A DNA stretch of 64,000 nt from Pseudogymnoascus verrucosus (lineage: Eukaryota): NCBI GenBank assembly GCA_001662655.1, contig KV460206.1; one strand, 5' to 3'. This document shows, piece by piece, positions 45,812-59,073 of the stretch. The number at the start of each line of letters is the position of its first letter. The first letter of the stretch is position 1. Below the pieces are notes generated by a model. That model was not told where the DNA came from. It searched no databases and saw only the letters and a list, made by a program, of their open reading frames with translations. The position numbers and the translations under genes were made by a program.

Positions 45812-48800
45812 CTACCTCCCCCTCCCCTCATCCTCCGTCCCCTCCGCCTCACTAGCCCTCTCCATATCCTCACTCACCCTCCCCCTCTCCTTCTTCTTAA
45901 TCCCAAACCTCCCCCAATTAACACTCATTCTCCCCTCCCGTCCCACTCCCTTCCCATCTCCGCTCTTCTCCCCCTTCTCCACACCCTTCTCCTTATCCCC
46001 CTTCTCGGCTCCACCAGCAGGCGTAGGCGGCATAGGCGAGCTCGTAACACTCACCAAGCCCACACCACCGGAACCAAGTGCCAATTCCTCCTCACCCTCC
46101 CCGAAACTGCTCGAGCGGTCCGCACTAGCGTTCCTCTCAGGTCTCTTGCTGAACAAGCCGACTTCCTTTCCGCGGAACGAGGAGATGGAGAATTTACTAC
46201 TCGACCCCTTCCTAAGAAGCTTCTGGAACGAGTTCTCGCCTCTCCCGACACTGCTCCCACCAAACGAGCCAGAGGCAACCTCGCTAAGCGCAGTATTGCT
46301 CACCGCGCCCTCGAGGGAATCGTAGCTCTCCGCCACGCTGTCAGCGGTGTGAACACTAGCGCGGCTGATACTGCTAGGGTAGTCATCGATGTGCTCGTCG
46401 TGCTCGTCTGAGCCATGGCGGGGACGATGTGTGCTATCCTTTGCGCGGCTGAACATGGCCTTGAATGTCGGCGCCGCGGGGTTCAGTTTAGCAGTCGCTG
46501 ACATCTGGGAGGCGGGACGGGTGCCGATGACGCCTACGGGTGGCGGCGAGGCGGTGGATAGAGTGTCCGGGGGGAGGAAATCGTCATCTTCAGTTGCGAT
46601 GCCGGTGGTGAGTTGGGTGGTTGAGGCGTATTGGATGGAAGGTCGGCGGGAGGGGGTGCGTGACCAGGGCTGGGCGACGGACAGGGACCAGTTGGTCGCG
46701 AGGGGGGAGTTGCGGGTTAGGATGTTGCTATCCGATGGGGCCCAGCCGAAGGGTGCACTGTCGGTGGATGGGCGTGGGAGGTCGGAGGAAGCGATCGATG
46801 CGGGGCGGGGACTGGTCGGGTCGCGGTCCGTGAGGGTCGGGTCGTCGATGCTGGAGCCGAACATGTTGAAGCCCCGGCGGCGGCGGGGGAGATTGCGGTT
46901 TAGTGCTGGGGCGTTGCCTTCGGTTATCTCGGAGACGGTGCTCGCGCGGTTGAGGAAGGGGATTCCGCCCCAGCCGGAGGTGAAGCTCGTGCGGCGGTTC
47001 TTGATGGCGGCGGCGGCGTCGACGTCTTCTTGGCGTGGGAAGGATTGACTCTGGCCCGGTTTGAGGGAGCCGAGGGGGTGGCCAATGTCGCTGGTCAAGG
47101 TCTTTGCGCGCTGCTTGCCGGTGAAGGCGAAGAGGTCGCCAAAGCGCTTCGTTACGGGTGGTTGGGGGGGTTCGGAGGTTGGGGAGCCAATAACGCCGAA
47201 AGCACCGCCAGTAGAGCTGCGGGAGCCAACAGGGCGTCTGTCCGAATCAGGGTAGCTGTCTTGCGATTGCAGCGAGAAACGCAGGTTCTGCTGAGAATTC
47301 CGCGGGCTGGAGACCAAACTGTCAGAGTGGCTTGATGATCCTGGAGATTGCTGCTCTTCAGCCTCGTAGATTGACGGGCCAAGGGTAGGGAATTGGGCGG
47401 GACCAAAAGAGGAACGCATGGGTCTCTCCATCGGGTCATCGTCCATAAATATATTCGATGGCAGTAGAGATGTCGCCGTCGGACTGAGTGGTGCACCAGC
47501 AGTGAGGGAACGGATATCCGCCTCGCTCATGCCATGGTGGTGGTCAGGGGAAGTGCCAGCACCAGAATTAGCGCTCATGTCGAAATACGGCCCCGGAGCA
47601 AAGCTTGGGGCCGCATTTAGAGCCATGTTATTATATACACTCGCGCTGGGAAACGCCGAGTCGGTAATTGGATACGCATCGACCGGCGAGGATATCGTGT
47701 TCGTACGTGACTTGCGCTGGCGATTCCTACGCTTCGGCCTTGGCTGTCCGCTGATATCAAACGACACCCCAGAGCTGTCGCCCATTGGAATGAGGGGGTT
47801 GGCTATTTGACGTGCGTTCAGTATTTGAAAGTGCGCCTGTGCCTTGTGGAGGTCTGTCTCGAGGTTTCGAACGGTGATGCTCTGCGCGTTGTATCTTGTC
47901 ATTAATTCCCGTTCCGTATGGTCCCATTGTAAATCCCGAAGCCTGTCAGCAGCCTCCAGGGCTTTTGCTTCCTCGTCCTGAGCGCCAGGGAGTTTTTGTC
48001 TCTCCTCTTCCAGCTCTTTAATCTGTAGTCCCTTGACACGGATTTCCTCCTCCATAGAATTAAGCGAGTTTTGCCGTTTCCTCAGGATCTTCTTCAACTC
48101 GTCCACCTTCTTGGTTGCATCCGACGCAATCTTATCCTTTTCCTTCTCCCACAGCTCTCTCTCGGCTTGCATCTCCTGGATCTCCTTCTCCCACTTCTTC
48201 ATCTCATCATTCATCTTCATCTTCTCCGCTTCCCGCTCTCTCACCGCCTTCTCCTTCTGAGTCTTCCTTGTTTGTGCCTGCCGGTTCACTCGCTCTGACG
48301 AATGCACCTCCTTCTTCAACCTCTCGCTCGCATCCTCCTTCTCTTTCAACATCTGCCTCTTCTCGTCTCTCTCCCGTATCAGCTCTGCCATCTGCGCTTT
48401 GAACTCATCCGCATCCTTAGCCACCTGCGAAATCACCTCCTCCGTCTCGCCGCGTATCGATTCAAACCGCTCCGTAAGCTGCAGCATTGATCCTTCCGGT
48501 AAATTCGACGGTAAGGGTGGATGCTCACTCGCCGTCGACGGCGAGTGTTTCCGTGCACCTGTGTTCCTCCGCGAGCCAGCACGACTGTTCGGCTCTCGCG
48601 CCAACGCCGATAAGCCCTCGGGCATCGAAGCTGCCTCAATCCCAACTCCATGGCTGCGGACGCCCGCTGACTCGTCGCTGCTGTCGACTACGGCGCCTGC
48701 TGCGTCTTCGCTCGCGAGGTTGTTCAGTATGCGCCCGCCTAGGTCCGGTCGTCCATCGCGGTTGTAGGTTCGTAGGCGAATGACTCGGCTGCCGGCTTGG

Positions 48801-49320
48801 AAGTTGTTGTTTCCCACGGCGATAACTCTGACGTTGTAGAAATGGCCTGGCTTAAGCCCAGTTACGGTGATGGCGGTCTCGAGACGTGATGATTCACCAA
48901 CTGTAAAACGAGAGTTAGCAATATGCCTCAGCGGTGAGGAGCGGGGTTGTAGTTACCATTAACACCGTTGACCTGGATCAAGTACTTCTTGAGCACCACC
49001 TTCGTGTGTCCAGGCCCAGCCCAGTGAAGAGTGACCGCATCGGCCTTTATGCCCGCCAACGAGACCTCCGGAGGCTCTGGGACTTCGACGCCGAGGATAG
49101 TGATGAGATCTGGGACCGGCTTCCAGAGGGTGAGCCATGCGCGATGGAGGAGCCTGCAGGGTAGGGTTAGTTTTTTGCCTCTCTAGGTATTTGCTCGCGT
49201 GTGGACTGACCAGAAGAGGGCGCCGCAGGTCACAATCGACTGCACGAGAGACATATCGGTGTCGGTGGCATGGCTCAACAGCCAGCGCGTGAGCTCACTG
49301 TAGTAAGTGATCGCATTCAT
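45812..49320 (-). CDS. Membrane-anchored fibronectin type III / coiled-coil protein
   Basis: Two 5' introns join a hydrophobic N-terminus to FN3 (VTLHW...YLIQVNG...VTGLKPGHFYNVRVIAV); long EK-rich coiled coil and S/P-rich tail. The start is uncertain. Confidence 0.85.
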
Positions 49321-51658
49321 GCAGATGGCTCCGAGGGCTGGAGTGGGTGATGAGGGAATTATGAGGGCGTGAGGATGGGCGAGGAGTATAGTGAGTCGGG
49401 GGAATTCCACTCAGGCTATACGTTAAGAAGTGAGGAGTGAGTGAGGAATGAGGATAAGTGGTGGATAAAACAACGTTTGGGAGGATCGAGGCACACGGCA
49501 CAGAGTACAGTAGACAGCAGAGACACACAAACACCCTTTCGGTCCCGCTTTTGCAGCTTGATTAAAGACCTGTCGGCCGTCTTTCGCCCTCGCATTTTCT
49601 TTTTTCCTTTCCCTTTCACTGACAAGCAACGGTGACCCGGACGAGTGGGGCGGGGCGGAATGGTCTTGGCGGATATTCTTGGCAAAATATATATTCTTTG
49701 ACGGGAATTCTTGGCGAGTAGGAGAGAGGGAAAAGCGCCTCGCGCGGCTGTCGGACCGACAGGATAAGTTAGAGGATATGCAGGAAGCAATATAAGTGAA
49801 TGCGGGATATATAGATTATACATGGACTACGGTTGGGGGGAGAGAAGGAGAGGAGGAGGAGGAGGAGGAGAGGGCCGTTTGAGGAGTATCTGATCCACCT
49901 CTTGATTAGATGGCTTGCAGCTGCTATGGCGTTTAGAGCTTGAGCTATCTCGCCATGAGGAGGAGCATGCATCTATGGGGGGAGGAGCATGCATCTATAG
50001 TGGGGGAGGTGAGAGCGATATTGCAAGTCGAGCCGGCGGTGACCAGCTAGTATCTGGAATGATATGAGCATACCTGGCATGAAGATATTCTCAACGCCAT
50101 GAACGGCCCGGAACGGCTCAGGCAGCAACGACCCATTACATGTTGTTTGTATATCCTAGTAGGGAAGGCACGACGGTGGTCCATCGCGGCTTCCCGTTAA
50201 GGAGGATAACACCCCGAGGGCGGGCTACTCGTTAACAGCAAGGAGTTTATGCGGCGGTATATCCTGGTCTATGGAGATGGTAAGCTGCAGTGCTATCCCA
50301 TATCTTGTTGGTCCTATCCCATATCCCGTTGGAGCCTTAATACTACAGGTCGACTTCCAACAGTACACACGGCTGGAGAAGCGATATATCGGGAGGAGTC
50401 GGCCTGAGGAAGTAATCGTGTAGGTAAAGTGTAGGTAAACTGACGTAACCATCTATATGCAGGTATGTATGTATGCAGAGGATGGATGGCCTTCTATGCT
50501 TCTATGAAGTGAGGGGAATGCATAACTATAGGACAGTTAGTTATAGTTAGTACAAAACGGGCAAACATAACATGGGAGAGAGAGTGCATGTGTTGGAATG
50601 TATGGCGACTAAACAGCTTGAGGGTGGTAACAGGCACAGTACTCTTAAGATACACTCTACTTAATACTCGAGTACTCTTCTCCAAGGCTTGTTCTGCTTA
50701 GAAGACTTGTTCCTGTATCTTACTGTACATGCGAAAGTGAAAATCTCCCATTATGAAAATCCAGTCACCCGCCACTGACACCAACTCACACTATTGGTGT
50801 CTGAGTGAACTGAAAACAGACGGGGATAGCTAGGGATAGTACCTGCTGCATACTTTTCAGGCAGCAGTAATCATATGCTACCCCAAAGTATCTCACCTGT
50901 ACTATCCCACACCATCCCACACCATCCCCACGAGCCGAGGCAGCGCGGAACTAGAGTAGCATTTCCACAGGCATTTTCCATGTAAACCACCCCGCTGGCC
51001 CTCGTGGCTCACGGAACGGCCGCTGTTTGCCCCGTAGAAGAAAGAAAAAGGCTAACACAGGCTGCAGGATGCAGGGCTACTACTGGGCTATTACTGTCCT
51101 TTCCAGCGTGTTTAGCGTATCACAGTCCACTATCGCTGTTCCGCTCCAACCAAAATCCTAGACAGCGCCCAGACACCGACCGGACCATCTCATCGGCCTC
51201 GTCACAGGGCAAATAATCACAAGTGACGTCTCCCCCAAGCAAATCCCCAACTTCCCAACCCTCCCCCCAACCTTCATATCCTCCCTCAACTCCCCTCAAC
51301 CACGACCATACCGACTCTCCTTACCCTTCGGCGTGCTTTATTACTTTCTTTCAAGCGGTGCAATACTATAATAGAAGACTCAACAATTAATATTCATCCC
51401 CCGAGCGTCCGAGTGCATACATTCCAAACCCACCAAAAAGCGAAGACCACATCTGTATCCAACATCCATCACAATCACACGTCGCATACATACGCATTGA
51501 CGCCCTCACCCTTGCTCAACAGACCCTCCAGCACACTACCTCTGACCTGACCCATAAGCAAAGGTCCCTACGACCGCTCGACCTCATACTCCAACAACCC
51601 ACGCCACTCTCCTCCCGACCAACACACACCCTCCTGATCACCTCCTCCACAGCACACA

Positions 51659-54121
51659 ATGCAGTACGTGCGGAGCATCAGCGGCTCCGTCTCGACGACA
51701 TGGAATTCGATCAACCCAGCCACTCTCAGCGGCGCAATTGACGTCATCGTCGTCGAGGGAGAGGACGGCTCGCTGGCCTGCTCGCCCTTTCACGTGCGAT
51801 TTGGCAAGTTCTCGCTACTGCGGCCGTCGGAGAAGAAGGTCGAGTTCCGCGTGAACAACGCGAAGCAGGACTATGCTATGAAGCTGGGAGATGGGGGCGA
51901 GGCCTTCTTCGTCTTTGAGACTAGCAACGATATCCCCGAGGGGCTGCAGACGTCGCCGTTGGTGTCGCCGACGTCGAGCCCGCCGCTTGAACCGGAGGGG
52001 TCTGTGGTTGTTGGGCTGCAGGAGCCGGATTTCCTGGACCTGACGACGGATGAGAAGGGGAAGAGGCCGCCGCCGTCAGTGTTGCAGTCTCCGGCTCTCG
52101 GGAAGGGCGCGAACAACTTAGGTGAGCAGGTCTTGCTGGGGGTGTTGAATAGTACTAATATCACCCCAGATATATACGGACAGCTTGCGGGACCTCCAGA
52201 AGTCACACTCGAGAGGCCGCGATCAGGGGACTGGTCGGGGCTGTCTCTCGAACGGCGCGCCGCCAGCGATAGATTTGTCGAGAAGCGAAGGACATATAGC
52301 AATCAAGAGACTAATCCAGTAGACCGCCAAGGCCGATCTGTGGTACCACCTCCTGGACAAGATGGGCCCTCCGATACATTTACCGAACGCTCACAAAGCC
52401 CTCCTCCATTGCCTACACGCGAGGCGATCGAACGGGCGATTTCGCTCTCGAAGCAGCTGGCCGTGTCGAATATCCCCTCGCATGTGACAGACACAGGAGA
52501 TCTGATGCTGGATATGACGGGATACAAGAGCAGCGACGACGATGCACTACGGGCAGAGGTTATTGCCCGCAAACTACTGTCAGAAGAGCTAGAGGGGAAC
52601 TACGACATCGGAGCGCTCATCGGAGCCGACGAACAAGGAAACCTATGGATCTACAGCAGCGAAGAGGCAAAGGAAGCAGCTGTCCACCGAGCCCAGCTCG
52701 CCGGAATCCGTCCTGCCCCTGGCATTCTGACGAGCGACGTCGCGTCCGACCCCGGCTACCACAGCGACGGAGGCGACAGCGACTCGGCCGAGATCAAGGC
52801 AATGCGCCTCCGCTCTGACTCTGACCAATTCCCCGGCCTCGAAACCCCGCTCCTTCCCCTCTCAGAAGCTAGCACCGCCGGCGACCCGAACAGGAACTAC
52901 GCCAAGACCCTGCGCCTGACCTCCGATCAGCTCAAGGCGCTGAATCTCCAGCCCGGTCCCAACATGATGTCCTTCACGGTCAACCGCGCGACGTGCACGG
53001 CATACATGTACCTCTGGCGCCACGATGTCCCAATCGTCATCTCCGACATCGACGGCACGATCACCAAGTCCGACGCCCTGGGCCACGTGCTCAACATGAT
53101 CGGCCGCGACTGGACGCACATCGGCGTTGCAAAGCTCTACACGGAGATCGAAGCGAACGGGTACAACATCATGTACCTAACCTCCCGCTCCGTCGGACTC
53201 GCCGACACCACGCGCGCCTACGTCGCCGGCGTGGTGCAAGACGGGTACCGCCTCCCCCGCGGCCCCACAATTATGAGTCCCGACCGCACGATCGCCGCGC
53301 TGCGGCGCGAGCTGTACATCCGCAAGCCGGAGGTATTCAAGATGGCGTGTCTGCGTGACATCAAGAACCTCTACGGCGATGGGCGGACGCCGTTCTACGC
53401 GGGTTTCGGGAACAGGCTCACGGACGCGCTGTCCTACCGCAGCGTGAGCATTCCGAGTAATCGCATCTTCACGATTAATAGCTATGCGGAGGTGAGCTTG
53501 GATCTGCTGTCGCTGAATAAGTTGAAGTTGAGCTATGTCAATATGAGGGAGGTGGTGGATCACTACTTTCCGCCGGTGAGTATGCTGATTAAGGGGGGTG
53601 GGGAGGAGTTTACGGATTTTAATTATTGGCGCGATAGGCCGATGGAGATGGAGGATTTTAGTGCGTCGGAGGATGAGGATGAGGATGAAGATGAGGATGG
53701 GAATGAGGGGGGCTCGGATGATGGGGATGACGATGGGGATGATGGGGATGAGGATGTGGGTGATATGGGGGATAGCTATATCAGCCGCGACTCGATCGAT
53801 GAGTACGATGAGGAGGATGGGGAGGAATACGACGAGGAGGACGATACGGCTGATATCAGTAACATCAACGAAGACGCTGATGAGAGCGATGCCCCGATCT
53901 TAGAGGACATGCCGACGCCGGTTCCTCACGGGGATAGGGATGCGACGCCTAGCGCCGCGGCGTCGAGGGCACCTAGCAGGGGAGGATACACTGAAGATCC
54001 GGATGCGGATGTCATCTCTGGGATGAAGGGGCTGATGAGGCAGGAGGAGAGTCCGCATGTGGAGCGCGAGGACAAGTCGAAGGGGTATGGAAAGGATTAT
54101 GACGTGCACGGGGTGAGGTAA
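51659..54121 (+). CDS. PAH1: Lipin / phosphatidate phosphatase (Pah1/Ned1)
   Basis: N-LIP (INPATLSGAIDVIVV, SPFHVRFGKF) and C-LIP with DIDGT catalytic motif, GFGNRLTD and acidic tail. Probable 48-nt intron at 52122-52169. Confidence 0.96.
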   Translation: MQYVRSISGSVSTTWNSINPATLSGAIDVIVVEGEDGSLACSPFHVRFGKFSLLRPSEKKVEFRVNNAKQDYAMKLGDGGEAFFVFETSNDIPEGLQTSPLVSPTSSPPLEPEGSVVVGLQEPDFLDLTTDEKGKRPPPSVLQSPALGKGANNLGEQVLLGVLNSTNITPDIYGQLAGPPEVTLERPRSGDWSGLSLERRAASDRFVEKRRTYSNQETNPVDRQGRSVVPPPGQDGPSDTFTERSQSPPPLPTREAIERAISLSKQLAVSNIPSHVTDTGDLMLDMTGYKSSDDDALRAEVIARKLLSEELEGNYDIGALIGADEQGNLWIYSSEEAKEAAVHRAQLAGIRPAPGILTSDVASDPGYHSDGGDSDSAEIKAMRLRSDSDQFPGLETPLLPLSEASTAGDPNRNYAKTLRLTSDQLKALNLQPGPNMMSFTVNRATCTAYMYLWRHDVPIVISDIDGTITKSDALGHVLNMIGRDWTHIGVAKLYTEIEANGYNIMYLTSRSVGLADTTRAYVAGVVQDGYRLPRGPTIMSPDRTIAALRRELYIRKPEVFKMACLRDIKNLYGDGRTPFYAGFGNRLTDALSYRSVSIPSNRIFTINSYAEVSLDLLSLNKLKLSYVNMREVVDHYFPPVSMLIKGGGEEFTDFNYWRDRPMEMEDFSASEDEDEDEDEDGNEGGSDDGDDDGDDGDEDVGDMGDSYISRDSIDEYDEEDGEEYDEEDDTADISNINEDADESDAPILEDMPTPVPHGDRDATPSAAASRAPSRGGYTEDPDADVISGMKGLMRQEESPHVEREDKSKGYGKDYDVHGVR

Positions 54122-54721
54122 TGGGTTGTGTGGTGGAGATAGAGATGTATGATGGGTAGGGTTTGGGGGGCGGAATGGGATATACCCTGGAGTTGAATGA
54201 AGCATTGTGGGTGCGTATGGCGGATGGATGGATGGGGGTGTAATACTAGTCATGGGGTAAAGGCGTTTTAGATGGGATATTTTGTCAGGAGATATACAGA
54301 CGCATAGCGAGAGAAAGGGGGGTTACTGTTATTGTTATATTACCTATATATTAGATATGAATTTCGTTGAACTTTTCACCCATATTCTGTTCTCATTTTT
54401 TTGTTCCCTTTTCTATTACAGACAGCCTAGACATCCATGATTTTCGCTGAACCTTTTCCCCCATATTCTGTTCTCCTGTTCTGTTGTCGACAGCCTGAAC
54501 GCTACGGTTTCTACGGACCTTCCAAAAACAAAAACTCTTGGCAATATCTCGGGCCATTTTTCACTATCCTGTTCTAGCCGCCCACAGGGGTTCCGACCGC
54601 CCCTTAACCATTAGCCACACCATTAGCCAACCTGTACTACCCCCAACCAAACCAACCAAACCACTCCCTAAAATGCAGGTGAGGAGTACATGCACCTTCC
54701 TATAAAAACCACACTTCGGCA

Positions 54722-57194
54722 ATGTACCGCTCCTCCCTGCCCCGCACTCTTAGCGGTGGTGCGACAGCAACACCCCGCGTCAGCCTCGCACTTCGTAAGC
54801 TCGTCGGTCTGGGTTCCCCGCCTACCCCTCTGTCGAGGAGCTTCGTCTATCAGCACAGCAACAACTCCAGTTTGGATACAAGGAAGTATTATTACTCTAC
54901 GAATATAAATACCACATCATCATTACGACGATTACGGCCGCGAACGACGCTGCTTGCTCTTAGCATACAACAGACACGCCAGAATCATATCGACACGATG
55001 GACGCAGCCGAGCTGGCGAATTATCTGGCGGACTCGCCGCCGACGGTTGTGCCGTTGGAGATTAAGAAGCATTTTGAGGCTTTGACGGCGAGGCAGAAGA
55101 GATATGCTCATTATATCTCCAAGTTCGTCTTCCTCCCTCTTCCACTCCTTCCCGCCCTCACCACCGCAACCCGGCTAACCTCCCTCACCCCCCAGGGCCT
55201 CCTTCGCAGGCACACGCATCATCCTCCGCCAAGTCTCCCCCGAAAGCGAATCCATCTACGACTTCATCCTCTCTCTCTACCGCGCCAGCGCTGGCGACTG
55301 GTCCGCGTACGCCACCAAGGCCGGAGTGAGCGCCCAAGACCTCCAGTACTTCCTCGAGTACGCCGCGCAGTTCCTCGGGAATAGCGGGAACTACAAGGGA
55401 TTCGGGGACGCGAAGTTCATCCCCCGGGCGCCGGAGGAGGCGTTTGCGAAGCTAGCGGCGCAGGATGAGACGGCTAAGAAGCATTATGAGGCGACGAGGG
55501 GGGGGATCTTTGCGACGGAGAGGCAGGATTTGATGCACCTTGGCTTTACGGAGGAGGGGCATATGACAACTTATTATCCCGATAGTCCTTCGATTACGAA
55601 GGTGGAGATTGAGGCGGTGAGTGCGTGGATGGTTGGTGTGGGGTTACTGCCTGAGAATACGCGGTTGAGGAAGAATGAGGCGGGGGAGTTTGAGATCTTG
55701 ATCGCGTCGGCTGTTACGGAGGTCCCTGCTGAGGGTGGGGATATCGGGAAGGAGACGCAGTTTGTGGTTAAGGAGGGGCTACTGGAAGGGAAGACGATTA
55801 AACTCGTGTATGGCGACCATGCGAAGGAGATGGCTGCCATTGCGGGGTGGCATGCTAAGGCGGCTGAGGAGGCGGAGAATGAGAATCAGAAGCTGATGCA
55901 GCTTGCGTATGTTAAGTCGTTTGAGACCGGCTCGCTGCTGGCGTTTAAAGATTCGCAGAGGTTTTGGATCCGCGATAAGGGGCCGATGGTTGAGAGTGAT
56001 GTTGGGTTCGTGGAGACGTACCGTGACCCCCACGGCGTGCGTGGTGAGTGGGAAGGTTTCGCAGCGACGGTGAACCTTGAGCGCACCGCCGCCTTCACGG
56101 GGCTAGTCGCCAGCGCTGAGACGGAAATCCCTAAACTCCCGTGGGGTCCTACATTCGAGAAAGACACCTTCCTCAGCCCCGACTTCACGAGTCTCGAGGT
56201 CCTCGCCTTTGCATCCTCCGGTATCCCAGCGGGTATCAACATTCCCAACTATGACGACATCCGACAAACCGAGGGATTCAAAAACGTCTCATTAGGTAAC
56301 GTCCTCAGTGCCGTTGCACCGCACGAGAAGATCCCCTTCATCCGCCCGGAAGACCTGGCGCTGTACGAGAAATACCGTGGACAGGCGTTTGAGGTGCAAG
56401 TTGGCGTGCATGAGCTCCTCGGTCACGGAACCGGGAAACTCCTCCAGGAGACTGCGCCGGGGCAGTTTAACTTTGACCGCGCGAACCCGCCTGTGTCGCC
56501 TATCACCGGGAAGGCAATCGAGAGCTACTACAAGCCCGGCGCCACCTTCGGCGGGGTCTTCGGGGCGATCGCGTCGAGTTACGAGGAGTGTCGCGCGGAG
56601 TGCGTGGCGATGGCTTTGGGGTGCGAGTTTAGCGTGCTTAAAGTGTTTGGATTCGGCAGTGGGGAGGTGGACATGGATGGTGAGGCCGGTGACGTGCTAT
56701 ACGTGAGCTACCTCAGCATGGCGCGTGCGGGCATCGCGTCGTTGGAGATGTGGGATCCTAAGAGCAGGAAGTGGGGTCAGGCGCATAGTCAGGCGCGTTT
56801 CAGCATCCTTAAGTGCTTCCTTGAAGCTGGTGATGGGTTCTGCGAGCTTGCGTATAAGGAGGGTGGAGATATGAGTGATTTGGCGGTTAAGATTGATCGC
56901 TCTAAGATCCTGACTGTAGGGCGTAAGGCGGTGGAGGAGTACCTGCTGAAACTGCACATCTTCAAGTCCACCGCCGATGTGGTGGCGGGGACGGAGTTGT
57001 ATGAGAGGATGACGAGGGTGGAGGAGGGGTTCTGGGCGGAGAAGGTTAGGGGACAGGTGATCAAGCAGAAGCAGCCGAGGAAGGTGTTTGTGCAGGCTAA
57101 TACGGAGCTGGGAGAGGATGGGGAGGTGGCGATTAAGGTGCAGGAGACGAGTTTGGAGGGGATGGTGGCGAGTTTTGCGGAGAGGGGGAATTAG
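54722..57194 (+). CDS. DPP3: Dipeptidyl peptidase III (M49 metallopeptidase)
   Basis: Intron 55123-55195 joins YAHYISK to ASFAGTRIILRQVSPES; ETYRDPHG, GINIPNY, HELLGH and EECRAE zinc motifs. In-frame ATGs at 54722 and 54998. Confidence 0.96.
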
Positions 57195-57919
57195 AGGGGG
57201 GTTAAGGAGGGATGGGATAGGGGGTATTTGGATTTGGCGATATAGGATAGGTAGTGTAGGTGGAATTTACAGATTTTAGTCTGGTGTTTTTTTTTTATGT
57301 CTTCAGAAGCATCTTTGACAGTGACAATATGGGAAGACGGAAGGGTGCGATGCGTTCAACAAACAGTTCATGTATTACCCCCGCCCATCTGTGGGCCCAT
57401 CTTCGAGGACTACCTTACCGGCGCGCCACATAAATTTGGTACGGTCCGAAGACGGTCCCAAAAGTGAGGAAATTGCTCCTACTCACTTGGACTGTCTGAA
57501 CTACGGATGGAGCTAGGCGGGGTCTCATAAGAGTCCGAGAAAATATCATGGTTTGCAATTGAAAGCTCGGGCGTGCGGAATTCGGGGGACAAGCATCGAG
57601 GCAGAAATTCAGCGACTTACTGTCGCAATCAGTAGTGCGAGGACTAGGCGCCGAGGCATTATCTCCTAAGAATACTGAGATGAATATTTCTGCTGCTGTC
57701 TAATAGAAGACATTAAGAGGCATAACAATTTGATAGCACGGGGAAGAGCACGCCAGGTTGGCGGTTAAGCATTAGAGGACGTAGTTAGTCGATCTTATCT
57801 GTCCTCGCGTTATAGATATCACACTATAGAATGCTATTAAGCGTTGCATTTAGGTCGCCGGACTTATGCTAGCTATCTGCAAATGCCATGAGGTTCCCTC
57901 ACGATACCATCTTTACATT

Positions 57920-58570
57920 AGCATTCATCTACTAAGTATCTTCAAATAAGAGTCCCCTAAGCTCAGACCCCTTAATCCCATTTCCCCCCTTAAATACACT
58001 AAGAAGTAGTGCGTATTCTATTTATGAAATAGATAGGTACTTATAGGCCCATCTAATTTGTTATTAGCTACTCTCTAGCTATAAGAAATTAGGCGCTAGG
58101 AACGACCCCTCATTTAATACATAGTATAATAGAACCCCTTAGCCTATAGTACTACTATAAGCTCTTATTACTCTAAATACTTATAAGAGAGTCCTATCTA
58201 AGCTTTAAAGCCCTACTATAATAAGGGAGATTGTTATTAGCCTTATAGCAGCTATATAGTGTAAATTTATACATGGTTACTACAAAATTAATACCTTAAG
58301 CTAACGTAACTAACGATTTTTAGTTAGTGTAAAATGACCTAGATGTAATTTTACTTATGTTATTATAAGAGTGCTAGCCTATAGCTTATATAAAGCCTTT
58401 AGTCTTTAAGGAGAAAAGCTGTAGTAATTAACTAGCTATAGTCCCATAAAAAAGGCAATAATAGAGTGGTTATTTAGCAAAAACACTTAAAACCACGTGA
58501 TTATAACTATATATGTTTATTGTTTAAAGTAGTCATGCTTAGCTAGAGGAGTTATTGTTAATAGATGAAA
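57920..58570. mobile_element. Heavily RIP-like mutated repeat/transposon relic
   Basis: Abrupt AT-rich block with many TA/TAG/TAA and few CA/TG dinucleotides by eye; no ORF of 60 aa or more in any frame. Family not identifiable. Confidence 0.55.
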
Positions 58571-58934
58571 GGAAGAAAAATACAAATAATTGCGCCTCCT
58601 AGATAGCCTGCGATGTGGTTGAAGAGTGCAAAGTCGTCTCGAATGACACTAGTCATGTGTCTATTTGAATCATCTCCTCCTCTTACGTGGAGTGATTAGG
58701 TCCCTACCTCAGCTCAGTGAACCAGAGAAACCTAGCTGTAACCTCCATAATTTTAGTAATCAGGCGATGTAATACATGGCGTGTAGTAGCATTCTACGGG
58801 GGGGAGCATCAGAAGGCAGACTAGAAGATTCACAAGAAAGTGTGTGTTCCGAAGGGGATTCTCAACGCCCCAGCATGGAATTCATTGAGTACAAGTAGTT
58901 TTACTATATAGTAGTGTGTACTATATAGTAAGTT

Positions 58935-59073
58935 ATGCTCGGAAGGCTTTCTAAGCCTGAAGAATTTAGGGGCGCGGGTCTTTTTATGTTAAGTGATGCG
59001 AGTAACTTCATGACAGGAGCAACATTGGTCATCGATCGTCATTGGCAATCGATAGGGACATACCGCTTGCTAG
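58935..59073 (+). pseudogene. Short-chain dehydrogenase/reductase C-terminal relic
   Basis: MLGRLSKPEEFRGAGLFMLSDASNFMTGATLVID, then a short duplication and a frameshifted remnant of IDGGHTAW; no N-terminal Rossmann part found upstream. Confidence 0.75.

Noticed and set aside
49959..49998. Direct repeat ggaggagcatgcatctat x2
   Set aside because: Isolated local duplication with no other support for function.
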